Numbered from the stretch's first letter, positions 29,509 to 40,061 are shown. The stretch: 64,000 nucleotides of DNA from Gammaproteobacteria bacterium (GCA_016744065.1 JADGFA010000004.1:64559-128558), one strand, 5' to 3'. The notes: generated by a model not told the origin, from the letters alone. Numbers and translations: made by a program.

Positions 29509-31287
29509 TTAATGCTCTACAGGTGGCGCTACTCTTAACACCTCTTCTACCGTTGTTAAACCTGACGCAACTTTCAAAGCACCACTTAAACGTAATGGCC
29601 GCATACCTTCGCTCATAGCCAGTTTTTTCAGATTTTGCATATTAATATCATCAACAATTAAATCCTTAATTTTATCGCTGAAAGTAAACATTTCATAAAG
29701 CCCCATTCTCCCCATAAAACCAGTATTTCTACATTCCAGACAGCCAACGGGTTTAAAAATCTTTTTGGGCTTTGCTGGTTTCCAGGGCTTCACCAGCGCT
29801 TTCCAGGTTACATCATCGATTTCCGTTTCCTGTTTACAATGCGGGCACAACACTCTCACCAGGCGTTGCGCCATAATACCCAATATGGTGGACTGTATTA
29901 AATAGGCAGGCACACCAATTTCCATCAAACGGGTTACTGCTGAAGGTGCATCGTTAGTATGTAAAGTAGAAACGACCAGATGCCCCGTTAATGCAGCCTG
30001 GATAGCAATATCCGCTGTTTCCCTGTCGCGAATCTCACCAATCATTATAATATCCGGGTCCTGTCTCAATAAAGTACGTACACCGGTTGAAAAATCCAGA
30101 CCAATATTATGCTGCACCTGCATCTGGTTAAAACTGCTTTCTACCAGTTCTATTGGGTCTTCAACTGTACAGACATTCACTTCTGGCTTTGCCAACTGTT
30201 TCAGGCTGGTATAGAGCGTGGTTGTTTTACCCGAACCCGTTGGCCCTGTAACCAGAATAATCCCATTCGGTTTTGAGATCATTGATTGCCAGCGTTCATC
30301 ATCTGACTGACTAAAACCAAGCTCTCTAAAATTCTTAACCAGCACTTCAGGGTCAAAAATACGCATGACCAGTTTTTCACCAAATGCTGTTGGCATGGTA
30401 GATAATCGCAACTCAATTTCTACACCATCCGGTGTACGCGTTTTTAAACGACCATCCTGGGGACGACGTTTTTCAGCAACATCCATGCGGCCTAATATCT
30501 TTATACGACTGGAGACGGCTGCCATAACTGTAGATGGCACCTGATAGACCTGGTGCATCACACCATCGATTCTAAAACGCACATTTCCCTGGTCACGCCT
30601 GGGTTCAAGGTGTATATCGCTAGCACGTTGATCAAAAGCATACTGCAATAACCAGTCAACAATATTAATTACATGCTGATCATTAGCATCCAGTTTACCG
30701 GCCCTTCCTAACTCCATCAGGCCTTCAAGATTGCCAATCTCATTTCCTGCTCCCAGTGCTTCAGATTCAGCTCGATTAACTGATTTTGAAACCGTATAAA
30801 ACTCTAGAAGATAGCGTGAAATTTCATCAGGATTAGATATAACCCGCTTAAACTCCTGATTATTTATACGCGAAAGCTCTTGTTCCCATTCCTTAACAAA
30901 TGGCTCTGCAGTAGCAATAGTAATGAATTTTTCATCAACAGAAATGGGTAAAATATTAAATCGAGCCGCATAAGCATAGGACATAACAGATGTTATTTTT
31001 GCAACTTCAATTTTCAGGGGATCTATACGATGATACGGCATCTTCACCCTGTCAGCCAGCCAGGTTGTCAACACGTCCAGTGAAAGCAAACTATGGCCAT
31101 TACGCTGATCGATCCATTGGCGCTCAGCAATCACACATAACGGGTTTTTTTCCTGATACTCCTTACCCACTGCCAATGTACGCAACATATGTGCGTTTTC
31201 ATCAGACACCATATTGTCATCTTCAAGCCACTTAAGCACCTCATGAATATCTAGCTTTTTTTCACTTTTTTTAATGACTGCATTCAT
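29509..31287 (-). CDS. GspE/PilB-family secretion ATPase (second copy; orphan with respect to T2SS/T4P partners)
   Basis: 592 aa. T2SSE_N-like N-domain (...ARFNILPISVDEKFITIATAEPF...). Walker A GPTGSGKTT, Asp box, His box, tetracysteine motif CPHC...CLEC. Characteristic GspE C-terminus GALKVASGLTTVEEVLRV. Confidence 0.9.
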   Translation of the reverse strand: MNAVIKKSEKKLDIHEVLKWLEDDNMVSDENAHMLRTLAVGKEYQEKNPLCVIAERQWIDQRNGHSLLSLDVLTTWLADRVKMPYHRIDPLKIEVAKITSVMSYAYAARFNILPISVDEKFITIATAEPFVKEWEQELSRINNQEFKRVISNPDEISRYLLEFYTVSKSVNRAESEALGAGNEIGNLEGLMELGRAGKLDANDQHVINIVDWLLQYAFDQRASDIHLEPRRDQGNVRFRIDGVMHQVYQVPSTVMAAVSSRIKILGRMDVAEKRRPQDGRLKTRTPDGVEIELRLSTMPTAFGEKLVMRIFDPEVLVKNFRELGFSQSDDERWQSMISKPNGIILVTGPTGSGKTTTLYTSLKQLAKPEVNVCTVEDPIELVESSFNQMQVQHNIGLDFSTGVRTLLRQDPDIIMIGEIRDRETADIAIQAALTGHLVVSTLHTNDAPSAVTRLMEIGVPAYLIQSTILGIMAQRLVRVLCPHCKQETEIDDVTWKALVKPWKPAKPKKIFKPVGCLECRNTGFMGRMGLYEMFTFSDKIKDLIVDDINMQNLKKLAMSEGMRPLRLSGALKVASGLTTVEEVLRVAPPVEH

Positions 31288-31490
31288 ATGAATATATGCC
31301 GTTTGTTGTTTTGTGCAATTTTAAATGAGTGTAGCAAATTGAATGATGCAAATCACCTTTTCACAGATAGCCATAAAATCTTGCTAGAAAGAAAAGTAGA
31401 CCATCGATATGAAACCAGCTGACTAAACAGTAAAAAATACTATACCTGCTGCTCTGTTCATAGAACAACATCCATTTTCTAGAGTATTAT

Positions 31491-32240
31491 TTAATATTTA
31501 AGCTTAACCACTTTATCAGGCTCTACCATTTTCGTATAATAAAACACACTTACTAATTTATATTTATTTTCTTTATCTGGTTGAATATCAATAGATTCAA
31601 CTTTTGCGGAAAATTCCTGCTGATCAACAACAACCTTTAATTCCTGGCCGATATTAAATTTTAATTTCTGTTGATAAGTTAAAAAAGCAACTGCAGATGC
31701 CTGTTTTGCTGACACTAGCTCAATAAAAGTTTCTGTTTTATTTTCTGCCGAAATAACCATCGCTTCTATTACATTTGAATTTACAACATACGCTGAATCT
31801 CTCGCTTTTAACGCAGAACGTTTTAATTTCCAGCTTCGTAGCAAACATTCAGCCTTTACTTCTTTCTGGCTTTCAATTAACACCTTATATTTACCATCGA
31901 TTTTTTGCAGCTCAACCTCAGACAAAACGGTTCGCTCAAATAACTCCTCAGCCTGATCCAGCTCAAGTTTAGCGTCAAAAATTTGAGGATTTAATTTATC
32001 AAACTGTGCCTGGCATTGTTTAATTTTATAATTAAACGGATTACTTTCAAGTTTTGCCAGCGCATCGCCTTTTTTAACTTTTTCTCCGACTTTCACCAGA
32101 ACTTTATCAACGACACCATTAACTGAAAATCCATATTTTTGATGCCCCACCCAACTTAACCTTGCTTCCATTTCAACAGCCTGAGAAATCGTATGAAATC
32201 CAGATAAAAAAATAATAATCAGTAAACTGCATTTTTTCAT
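31491..32240 (-). CDS. Periplasmic adaptor (membrane-fusion protein family, biotin-lipoyl-like plus short coiled coil plus beta-barrel), minimal 249 aa form
   Basis: Signal peptide. GVVDKVLVKVGEKVKKGDALAKLES barrel-sandwich hybrid motif followed by coiled coil and beta-barrel domain. Immediately downstream (77 nt) of the TolC-like gene. Confidence 0.6.
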   Translation of the reverse strand: MKKCSLLIIIFLSGFHTISQAVEMEARLSWVGHQKYGFSVNGVVDKVLVKVGEKVKKGDALAKLESNPFNYKIKQCQAQFDKLNPQIFDAKLELDQAEELFERTVLSEVELQKIDGKYKVLIESQKEVKAECLLRSWKLKRSALKARDSAYVVNSNVIEAMVISAENKTETFIELVSAKQASAVAFLTYQQKLKFNIGQELKVVVDQQEFSAKVESIDIQPDKENKYKLVSVFYYTKMVEPDKVVKLKY

Positions 32241-32316
32241 AATTAATTATCACCTATCATGATACTTTCATTTTATACTTAATCATAATATACAAAAAAC
32301 TAAATATTATGGCTCA

Positions 32317-33594
32317 TCATAACGGATCCACTTCACCAGATAATAACCTCAATTGCATTCTTGCCAACGCCAGTTCAAAATTATTTTTTGCCCGTTTATA
32401 CTGTATCTCTGAAATGGCTACCATTGAATTACCCAGGTTTGTTTCTACCTCCATTTCATATAACGCACGGCTCTTATCAAGCCTTAACTCTCTAAAATCC
32501 TGTGAGGTTAACAATTGTTCCTGACGCTGATTGAGCACATTAACAGTTTGCCACAGCTTCAATATTTGCTTACGCAAATTAATTTTTATATTCAATAAAT
32601 TCGCTCGTTGCTGTAACCAGCCAGCCCTTGCTTTGGAAATATCTCTCTTAATACTACTATTTTCATACAAAGGAACAATCAAATTAAGTTGCGCTCTCCA
32701 TTCATCATTTGAGCCTTTAACTCGTGCATATTCAGATACTTTAATTTCGGCATCAAGACGAGGCCCGAACTTGTTTTCTGCCGCAGACACTCTTTGACTT
32801 GCTGCCTGCATCTGTTTGTTCGCCAGTTTAATCTGCGGGTTATTCATCATTACCTGATCAAGCAACAAAGAATAATCCGTAGGTATTTGTTGTGAAAAAT
32901 CTAACACAGGCATTTTTAAATTTGATGGTAACTCTGCCGGTCTGTTTAGTAGATCAGCTAATATAGCTCGGCTATGGCGTTGATTCATTTCACTTAGCTG
33001 GCGCTGATGGAGTACATCAACATAATTACTTTCTGATTCTAAAAGATCAACATCGGAAATTTGTGATAAAGCATGCCGGTCTTGCACCGTTTCAAAACGA
33101 ATATAAGCCACTGCCATTGCTTCATTATCCCAGGCATATTTTAAATCACTTAATATCACTTCAAAAAACTGCCTGGCAATATCAATTTTTCTTTGGCCTA
33201 TTATAAAAGGCATATAATTCTGTAATGCCAACTGTTCTGTTTGTGCCGCCAGAATGTTTTCTGTAGATGCGCCAAAATTATATAACGGTTTTATCATTCT
33301 CAATGAAATTCGACTGTCATTAGAAGACTGATCAAAAGCAATTGGTGATGGATTAATATATGCCGCTTCAACTTCCAGTTGTGCCCTGAATCCCAAACCG
33401 GCTTCTGCTCGTTCAAGCTCCGACTGTGCTCTGACTATTGATGACTGTGCTTCAATTAGCTGATAATACTGAGCATCATCAGCCATTCCCATTGCCTGTT
33501 CAAGACTAAGGGGATCGGGTAAAGATTCAGCCACTACTACAGGAAGATAAATCAGACAGCAAAGAAAGCGTACACTTTTATTTATAATATTCAC
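32317..33594 (-). CDS. TolC-family outer membrane efflux protein
   Basis: 425 aa. Signal peptide. Two-repeat alpha-helical/beta-barrel architecture with characteristic coiled-coil heptads (EQAMGMADD...LERAEAGLGFRAQLEVEA). Confidence 0.8.
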   Translation of the reverse strand: MNIINKSVRFLCCLIYLPVVVAESLPDPLSLEQAMGMADDAQYYQLIEAQSSIVRAQSELERAEAGLGFRAQLEVEAAYINPSPIAFDQSSNDSRISLRMIKPLYNFGASTENILAAQTEQLALQNYMPFIIGQRKIDIARQFFEVILSDLKYAWDNEAMAVAYIRFETVQDRHALSQISDVDLLESESNYVDVLHQRQLSEMNQRHSRAILADLLNRPAELPSNLKMPVLDFSQQIPTDYSLLLDQVMMNNPQIKLANKQMQAASQRVSAAENKFGPRLDAEIKVSEYARVKGSNDEWRAQLNLIVPLYENSSIKRDISKARAGWLQQRANLLNIKINLRKQILKLWQTVNVLNQRQEQLLTSQDFRELRLDKSRALYEMEVETNLGNSMVAISEIQYKRAKNNFELALARMQLRLLSGEVDPL

Positions 33595-33649
33595 TCTAAT
33601 TATTTTTAATACTCAGGCATTAGTAGATTACTAAACAAACTATTTATTA

Positions 33650-34405
33650 TCAGCCATTTTTACGCCTGTTACGCTTATAACGAGTAAAGCTGGACTTCTT
33701 ATAGCCACCATTTAACATAAATTCACCCAACCAGATAAATTCCTCAACGCTGGAGGTTGGCCCAGTATATTTAACTACTCGCTTGCCACTCAAATCAAAA
33801 AAAGCAAAGACAGGCGTCGCTCTGACCCGTTGCTGTTTAAATGAAAATTCTTTCTGGGTAGTTACATTACCCTGAAAATCAGTCATTTCGACATCGCCAT
33901 CAATATTAATCATAAATATTTTAAAATGCTTTTTATAAAAGGACACCACTTCAGGCTGATTTAAAACAGTCGTTTTCATGCGATGACAAAATGGACATTC
34001 ATCCATTTCAAAAAAGATAAATACACCCGACTTACCTTCTTCTTTTGCTGTTTCAAGTTCTTCCGAAAAATCACCAAAGCCCTGGTCAAAAAACTCTACT
34101 TCATCTGCCTGTATGCTGGTTTCCACTAAAAAAAATGAAAATATGATAAAAAATATGAAGTGAAATTTTGAATAATACTTATTTTTTAAAAGGCCAGATA
34201 AAGATACATTAAAAGCACGAAATGGCCCTGTTTCATTATCTTTTCTTATCAATGCACCTGAATAACCAATACAAAAACACATAATAAACAGTTTTCTAAG
34301 TTCACTAAACCCATGAAAAGACGATGCTCCACATACGCTATTGAACAATTTTTTCAGGCTATTCATACTTATGCCTTCTTTATTTACTATTTTCGAGAAT
34401 ACCAT
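33650..34405 (-). CDS. Thioredoxin-fold protein with CPFC active site (start codon uncertain; hydrophobic anchor/signal before the Trx domain)
   Basis: Trx-like segment GVFIFFEMDECPFCHRMK...VRATPVFAFFDLSGKRVVKYTGP. Hydrophobic stretch FHFIFFIIFSFFLVETSIQA precedes it. Several in-frame ATGs are possible (34405, 34366, 34282). First gene of the thioredoxin-TolC-MFP cluster. Confidence 0.55.
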   Translation of the reverse strand: MVFSKIVNKEGISMNSLKKLFNSVCGASSFHGFSELRKLFIMCFCIGYSGALIRKDNETGPFRAFNVSLSGLLKNKYYSKFHFIFFIIFSFFLVETSIQADEVEFFDQGFGDFSEELETAKEEGKSGVFIFFEMDECPFCHRMKTTVLNQPEVVSFYKKHFKIFMINIDGDVEMTDFQGNVTTQKEFSFKQQRVRATPVFAFFDLSGKRVVKYTGPTSSVEEFIWLGEFMLNGGYKKSSFTRYKRNRRKNG

Positions 34406-34462
34406 TATAAGACAATTGCTTTAAAGTATTATATTTTTTTTCTTCAAAGCCTTAAATTAAAA

Positions 34463-34489
34463 AGGGCCCGCATTTGCGAGCCCTTTTTT
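34463..34489. terminator. Bidirectional intrinsic terminator between the LysM gene and the thioredoxin-TolC cluster
   Basis: AAAAAGGGCCCGC-ATTT-GCGAGCCCTTTTT: 8-bp GC-rich stem (one mismatch) flanked by an A-tract and a T-tract. Confidence 0.65.
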
Positions 34490-34529
34490 AGCCTGAATCA
34501 TAAGAAATCAGGCTAGATAACTAGCCTGC

Positions 34530-35192
34530 TTATTGAGCAAGATATGCATCATCAGAAGACTCTGTTGAACCCACTGACCAGGCTCCACGTGTTTTAGCAT
34601 GATCAACGGCTGCATTAATATCAGCACTAGAAGCACTGCGATCAATATCAAGCACCTGACCTGGATGGATTAAATCGGCATCTTTAATCTGACTACGATT
34701 CGCCTTATAAATTAATGGCCACTGATAAGGGTTAGCATAAATACGATCCTTAGCAGAGATATTCCATAAATTATCACCACCAACAACTTCATATGAATCA
34801 TCACCACCTGTTGATGCTGCATCATTAGCTATGGGCGCGGTGTCTTCTGCAGCACCACTAATTGCTCCGCTCTCTTTCAATCGAGCTTCCTGTTCTTTAG
34901 CCTGCTTCATAGCAAGTTCAGCCTGACGCTGCGCTTTATTAGCAAGCTCCACAGCTTTATCATAATCACCATCAGCTAATGCTTCTTCAGCACTTTTGAT
35001 GATTTTTGCTGTATCACGCCATTCGGCGTTCATTTTCTTTGCCTGTGCATTAGTTGATTTTGCATCAGCAATTGCTTGCTCAGCCGTCGCCTGAGAAGCG
35101 CCTTCATCTTCTGTAGTTGATGCGCAACCTGCAAGCAGACCCAACACTAGCATCATCATAAAGAACGACTTGAAAAGGTGGTTAAATTTCAT
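34530..35192 (-). CDS. LysM-domain lipoprotein with Ala/Gln/Glu-rich helical region
   Basis: Lipobox LLAGCAS. Central coiled-coil-like region. C-terminal LysM (GDNLWNISAKDRIYANPYQWPLIYKANRSQIKDADLIHPGQVLDI). Confidence 0.7.
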   Translation of the reverse strand: MKFNHLFKSFFMMMLVLGLLAGCASTTEDEGASQATAEQAIADAKSTNAQAKKMNAEWRDTAKIIKSAEEALADGDYDKAVELANKAQRQAELAMKQAKEQEARLKESGAISGAAEDTAPIANDAASTGGDDSYEVVGGDNLWNISAKDRIYANPYQWPLIYKANRSQIKDADLIHPGQVLDIDRSASSADINAAVDHAKTRGAWSVGSTESSDDAYLAQ

Positions 35193-35409
35193 CTTATACG
35201 TCTCCGGTAGACTTTTTTATGTAGAATTAAGAGAAATTAGCAATGACGCCCTGAAGTGTCAAGCAAATCCCCCAAATAGGTCAGCTTTCATTAATCAGTG
35301 TGACTTAAGTCATATTTGCTTCTATATCCACGGACACCTAGTGAAGCACCTGCAAATACGTTATTCTTCACCCCTCACAACTAAAACAGCCAGCCAGGTG
35401 CTATTGATA

Positions 35410-35763
35410 ATGACTGATTCTACAAAAATATTTCTTAATCCCAGCTGTACTAAATGCCGTTTAACAATGGAACTACTCTCTGAAAAAGGCATACAGCCAA
35501 ATGTAGTAGAATATTTACAGACGCCACCGGATAAACAGGAACTTGAAGAAATACTAATTATGTTAAAGATTGAGCCACGTCAATTAATGCGTACCCACGA
35601 ATCAGAATATAAAGATAATAACCTGTCCGATGAATCACTTAGTCGAGAACAACTAATTGAAGCCATGATAGCATTCCCAGTATTAATAGAACGCCCTATT
35701 GTTATCAATAACGGTAAGGCTGCTATTGGCCGCCCACCTGAAACCATATTAGAGATATTGTAA
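35410..35763 (+). CDS. ArsC/Spx-family protein (YffB-like arsenate reductase family)
   Basis: IFLNPSCTKCRLTMELL (CxxC-type N-terminal Cys) with ArsC-family fold. Start placed at the internal ATG (35410) because the track ORF extension (35170) overlaps the convergent LysM gene. Confidence 0.7.
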   Translation: MTDSTKIFLNPSCTKCRLTMELLSEKGIQPNVVEYLQTPPDKQELEEILIMLKIEPRQLMRTHESEYKDNNLSDESLSREQLIEAMIAFPVLIERPIVINNGKAAIGRPPETILEIL

Positions 35764-36357
<594 letters not shown>

Positions 36358-36363
36358 AATACC

Positions 36364-36747
36364 ATGGATAAAATTAAACTTTCAAGACTATGTACTCTCA
36401 CAGGCTATTTTGGCTTACTGGCTTTCATTCCTGTTTGGCATTTGCTGATAGTACCTTTAAAACCAGAATATATGTCAGTAACCTTACTCGTACAGACAGG
36501 CCCATTAATGCTTCCATTAAGGGGCATTTTACATGGCAGGGTATACACTCATGCCTGGGCCATGTACATGGCACTATTTTATTTTATATTAGGTGTCTGG
36601 TACGCAGGAGACGAAAGCACACGGAACTTTGGTATTATTTTTAGCTTGCTCAGTATTCTATTTTTTATAGGGACAATGCTCTATACGCGCTTTCAGGGTA
36701 TGGCAGAAAATATGAAGACTATCGACCCAGCCAATACTGAAAATTGA
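36364..36747 (+). CDS. DUF2069-like small membrane protein
   Basis: 127 aa with 3-4 TM helices. Position directly after wrbA and arsC matches the conserved Pseudomonas-type arsC-wrbA-DUF2069 arrangement. Confidence 0.5.
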   Translation: MDKIKLSRLCTLTGYFGLLAFIPVWHLLIVPLKPEYMSVTLLVQTGPLMLPLRGILHGRVYTHAWAMYMALFYFILGVWYAGDESTRNFGIIFSLLSILFFIGTMLYTRFQGMAENMKTIDPANTEN

Positions 36748-36839
36748 TTTAGATCATATTCAAATTACAGCAACGCGTTAATCTATAGGCTCAACCTGTT
36801 ATCAGAACATCCTGTATCCTTTATTAATGTGGAGCCAAC

Positions 36840-37262
36840 ATGTATTCTCTCAGCGAGCTAAAAAAGCAGAATCAGGAAATCAGTGATCTAATTGATGTTC
36901 TGCATGTATTATGCGAAAGCAAGAAATTAGTTAATAACCCTTTTGTCTGTGATCTGGTGTCACGTTTTAATGAAAAAGTATGGATGCACCTGGTATTTGA
37001 AGATAATACAATTTATTCAGAACTGGCCAGACACCATAACCCAGACATTAGTGACATAGCTAAACACTTTCACGATAGTGCAAAAGAAATAAAGAAAGAA
37101 TTTTCATGTTATGTGAAACTCTGGTGCAAAGCTTCCGGTGCAGACCATCACCAGCAGGCTTTCTGCGGCAATTCATCTGACATGTTAAATAAAATCAAGC
37201 AACGTGTAGAGTTTGAAACAGATAAAATATTCCCACTAATTGAAAACGACATAAGTAATTGA
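36840..37262 (+). CDS. Hypothetical protein (possible hemerythrin-like HxxxE metal-binding repeats)
   Basis: 140 aa. HLVFED, HHNPD and HFHDSAKE spacings are reminiscent of HHE cation-binding domains. Weak call. Confidence 0.35.
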   Translation: MYSLSELKKQNQEISDLIDVLHVLCESKKLVNNPFVCDLVSRFNEKVWMHLVFEDNTIYSELARHHNPDISDIAKHFHDSAKEIKKEFSCYVKLWCKASGADHHQQAFCGNSSDMLNKIKQRVEFETDKIFPLIENDISN

Positions 37263-37325
37263 AGCACTTATTTATATACTCATGTAAAACCATCAATAAT
37301 AAAATTCGGGCAAAACATATCTTTA

Positions 37326-38183
37326 TTGTCTAAAATCAAGTTTATGTTTAGTCGCCACATCATCGCATCAATCTGTTTTTCCGCAGGACTTCTGGCCATC
37401 TCCCTGTTTAGCCTGGTACAGGCCTCTGATCTTGCCAAAGAAAAACGCATGATGGAACAGGTGGCAGACTATGTAATGGATGGTGATGCCATTTTACTAA
37501 AAGACGGCACACATGAATTTTTATCTATTTATATGGAATCAGAAAAAATGCCTGCAAAAGGCAGCATTATCATTTTACATGGACGGGGTTACCACCCCAA
37601 CTGGCCTGAACTTGTTTACCCTCTACGCACAGGCTTACCGAAGCACGGCTGGAATACACTATCAATCCAGATGCCCGTACTAAGTAATGACTCAAGCTTT
37701 TATGACTACATGAAAATTCTGCCCCAGTCACATCCAAGAATTACTGCGGCCCTTGATTTTTTAAAACAGAAAAAAACAAAAAATATAATTATGCTTGCAC
37801 ATAGCTGTGGCGTACATATGGGATTTGACTGGTTACACAAAAATCCGGATGCAGGTATAACAGCTTTTATTGGTGTTGGTATGGGCTCAACGGATTATGA
37901 ACAACCCATGTTAAAACCATTTGCGTTAGAGGATATCAAAATACCTGTACTCGATATTCGAGGCGAGAATGATTATCCCGCAGTACAAAGAAATGCACCC
38001 CGAAGAATGAAAAGAATAAAACAGGCAGGAAATCCAAAATCGCAACAACGAGTCGTGCCTAAATCAGACCATTACTTTACTGACCGTGGTGATGCGTTGT
38101 TAAAGAACGTGGCTAGCTGGCTTAACACTTTGCTCACCGGCGAAACAACTTCGACCAATAAAGCAAAAGATAATTATAAATAA
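37326..38183 (+). CDS. Secreted alpha/beta-hydrolase-fold protein
   Basis: Signal peptide. Nucleophile elbow MLAHSCGVHMG (AHSxG). Overall alpha/beta hydrolase-like size and pattern. Confidence 0.55.
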   Translation: MSKIKFMFSRHIIASICFSAGLLAISLFSLVQASDLAKEKRMMEQVADYVMDGDAILLKDGTHEFLSIYMESEKMPAKGSIIILHGRGYHPNWPELVYPLRTGLPKHGWNTLSIQMPVLSNDSSFYDYMKILPQSHPRITAALDFLKQKKTKNIIMLAHSCGVHMGFDWLHKNPDAGITAFIGVGMGSTDYEQPMLKPFALEDIKIPVLDIRGENDYPAVQRNAPRRMKRIKQAGNPKSQQRVVPKSDHYFTDRGDALLKNVASWLNTLLTGETTSTNKAKDNYK

Positions 38184-38252
38184 AAAAATTCTGTATTAAA
38201 CACTGAAAACAAATAAATATTTATATTTTATTATATTTATTTACAATACTTT

Positions 38253-38945
38253 TTACCTTAATTGATCATCCAGCACAGATTTAACAAATGGAATAGTTAA
38301 GCGTCGATGCTGCTGCAACTGCGCTTTATCCAGCGCATCCAGAACCGCAAACAAATCAGCCGTATCACGATGACAGTTATTAAGTAAGTAATTTGCCACA
38401 TTATCCGACAGATCAAAGCCTCGACATTGTGCCCGTTGCTTTAATGCCTGGCATTTTCCAGTATCATTCAACTCACTTAATTTAAATACCGGCCCCCATT
38501 GTAACCTTGAAATCAGATCTTTCAGATCAAGCTTTATTTCTGTAGGCGGTTGATTAGCAGCAATAATAAGACGGGTGTTATTTTCTCTGGCTCGATTAAT
38601 TAAATCAAACAAAGCCTCCTGCCAGTCGGTTTTATTCTGTAACAACTGCACATCGTCAATACAACAAACATCCATTTCTTCCTGGCCATAAAACACTTCT
38701 GGTGAATAGTTTATTAATTGATGTAATGGGAGGTAACTCGTGTTTATTCTGGAACTGGAAAAGTACTGACATAATGCCTGTAAAAGATGAGTTTTGCCTG
38801 TGTTATGCATTCCCCAGACATAAATCTGCTTTTCAGCTTCTATTTTTTTTAAAAGATCGACCAGTAACTGGTTCTCTCCTACAATGAAGTTATCGAAAGT
38901 AAAACTATCTTTTAAGGTTATATCCAGAGTTAATTGAGTAAACAT
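38253..38945 (-). CDS. hda: DnaA regulatory inactivator Hda
   Basis: 230 aa. Walker A-like GMHNTGKTHLLQALC. C-terminus QQHRRLTIPFVKSVL matches E. coli Hda (QRKLTIPFVKEIL). Confidence 0.85.
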   Translation of the reverse strand: MFTQLTLDITLKDSFTFDNFIVGENQLLVDLLKKIEAEKQIYVWGMHNTGKTHLLQALCQYFSSSRINTSYLPLHQLINYSPEVFYGQEEMDVCCIDDVQLLQNKTDWQEALFDLINRARENNTRLIIAANQPPTEIKLDLKDLISRLQWGPVFKLSELNDTGKCQALKQRAQCRGFDLSDNVANYLLNNCHRDTADLFAVLDALDKAQLQQHRRLTIPFVKSVLDDQLR

Positions 38946-38972
38946 TTAATATAATAATCAGAAATAATTGAA

Positions 38973-40061
38973 TCAGGCAGCATCATTAAAAATGGAACTG
39001 GATTTATACTCATTGTGCATATGACGTAACAAAACAGCCAGAACTGCCGCAACTGGTAATGCCAGTAAAATACCCACAAAACCAAATAATTGTCCACCTG
39101 CTAATATTGCAAAAATAACAGCAACAGGATGCAAACCAATTTTATCACCCACTAGCACTGGTGTTAACAACATCCCTTCTAGCATTTGCCCAATACTAAA
39201 CACAATAATAACCGGTATTAACTGCACCATGTCATGAGTCTGCAATAACATAGCAATACTGGCGGCAACAATACCAACAATAAAACCTAAATAGGGCACA
39301 AAACTCACTAAACCAGCCAACATGCCAATAAGTAACGCCAGCTTTAAATCGATAAACCACAGGCCGGTAGAATACACCGCACCCAACGCTAACATGACAA
39401 TAAATTGCCCCCGTAAAAAAGCCGCCAGAACCTCATCCGACTCCCTGGCAAGTTTTCTTATAAGTGACTGATTTTTTCTTGGTATCAAGTCATCAATATG
39501 CGCAATAAGTATATCCCAGTCACGTAAAAGATAAAATGTAACAACAGGAATTAGTACCATATTAGCCACCCAGACAGTGAGAGCCAGGCCTGATGATGCA
39601 ACAGAGGAAACTATCTGGGAAATTATTCCACCTGCCTGTGCATAATGAGCTGCAAATAAACCTTTAAGTAAATCAAAATCAAATACTGATGTATCAATAG
39701 ACAGGTAATTTGCAATGCCAGGCAATACCTCATTCTGAATGTGATCCAGATAAGCCGGCATATTTAAAACCAGATACCCAATTTGCTTACCTAGCAATGG
39801 CAGTATTAAAAAAGCCATAACCGTTAATAAACTGAATAATATTATAAAAACAATGACAACCGCCAAACTGCGGGATAATTTAGCTGAAAATCTGGGCTGG
39901 AATTTAGCTTCCATTCTATCCGCTACAGGATCACCTAAGTAAGCCAGTAATGCCGCAACAAAAAAAGGCATTAACACGGGTGCTAATAAATATAATACAA
40001 ACCCACTAAGTGATATTACCAGTAACAACATCCATTTTTGTGAATCCGATAATTGGCTCAC
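38973..40061 (-). CDS. AI-2E family transporter (second paralog)
   Basis: 362 aa. 7-8 TM helices with the AI-2E/UPF0118 pattern. Lies between the DUF2066 gene and hda. Confidence 0.75.
   Translation of the reverse strand: MSQLSDSQKWMLLLVISLSGFVLYLLAPVLMPFFVAALLAYLGDPVADRMEAKFQPRFSAKLSRSLAVVIVFIILFSLLTVMAFLILPLLGKQIGYLVLNMPAYLDHIQNEVLPGIANYLSIDTSVFDFDLLKGLFAAHYAQAGGIISQIVSSVASSGLALTVWVANMVLIPVVTFYLLRDWDILIAHIDDLIPRKNQSLIRKLARESDEVLAAFLRGQFIVMLALGAVYSTGLWFIDLKLALLIGMLAGLVSFVPYLGFIVGIVAASIAMLLQTHDMVQLIPVIIVFSIGQMLEGMLLTPVLVGDKIGLHPVAVIFAILAGGQLFGFVGILLALPVAAVLAVLLRHMHNEYKSSSIFNDAA

Noticed and set aside
35170-35409. N-terminal 80-codon extension of the ArsC-family ORF
   Set aside because: Overlaps the convergent LysM lipoprotein gene. 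The ArsC homology begins at the internal Met (35410).
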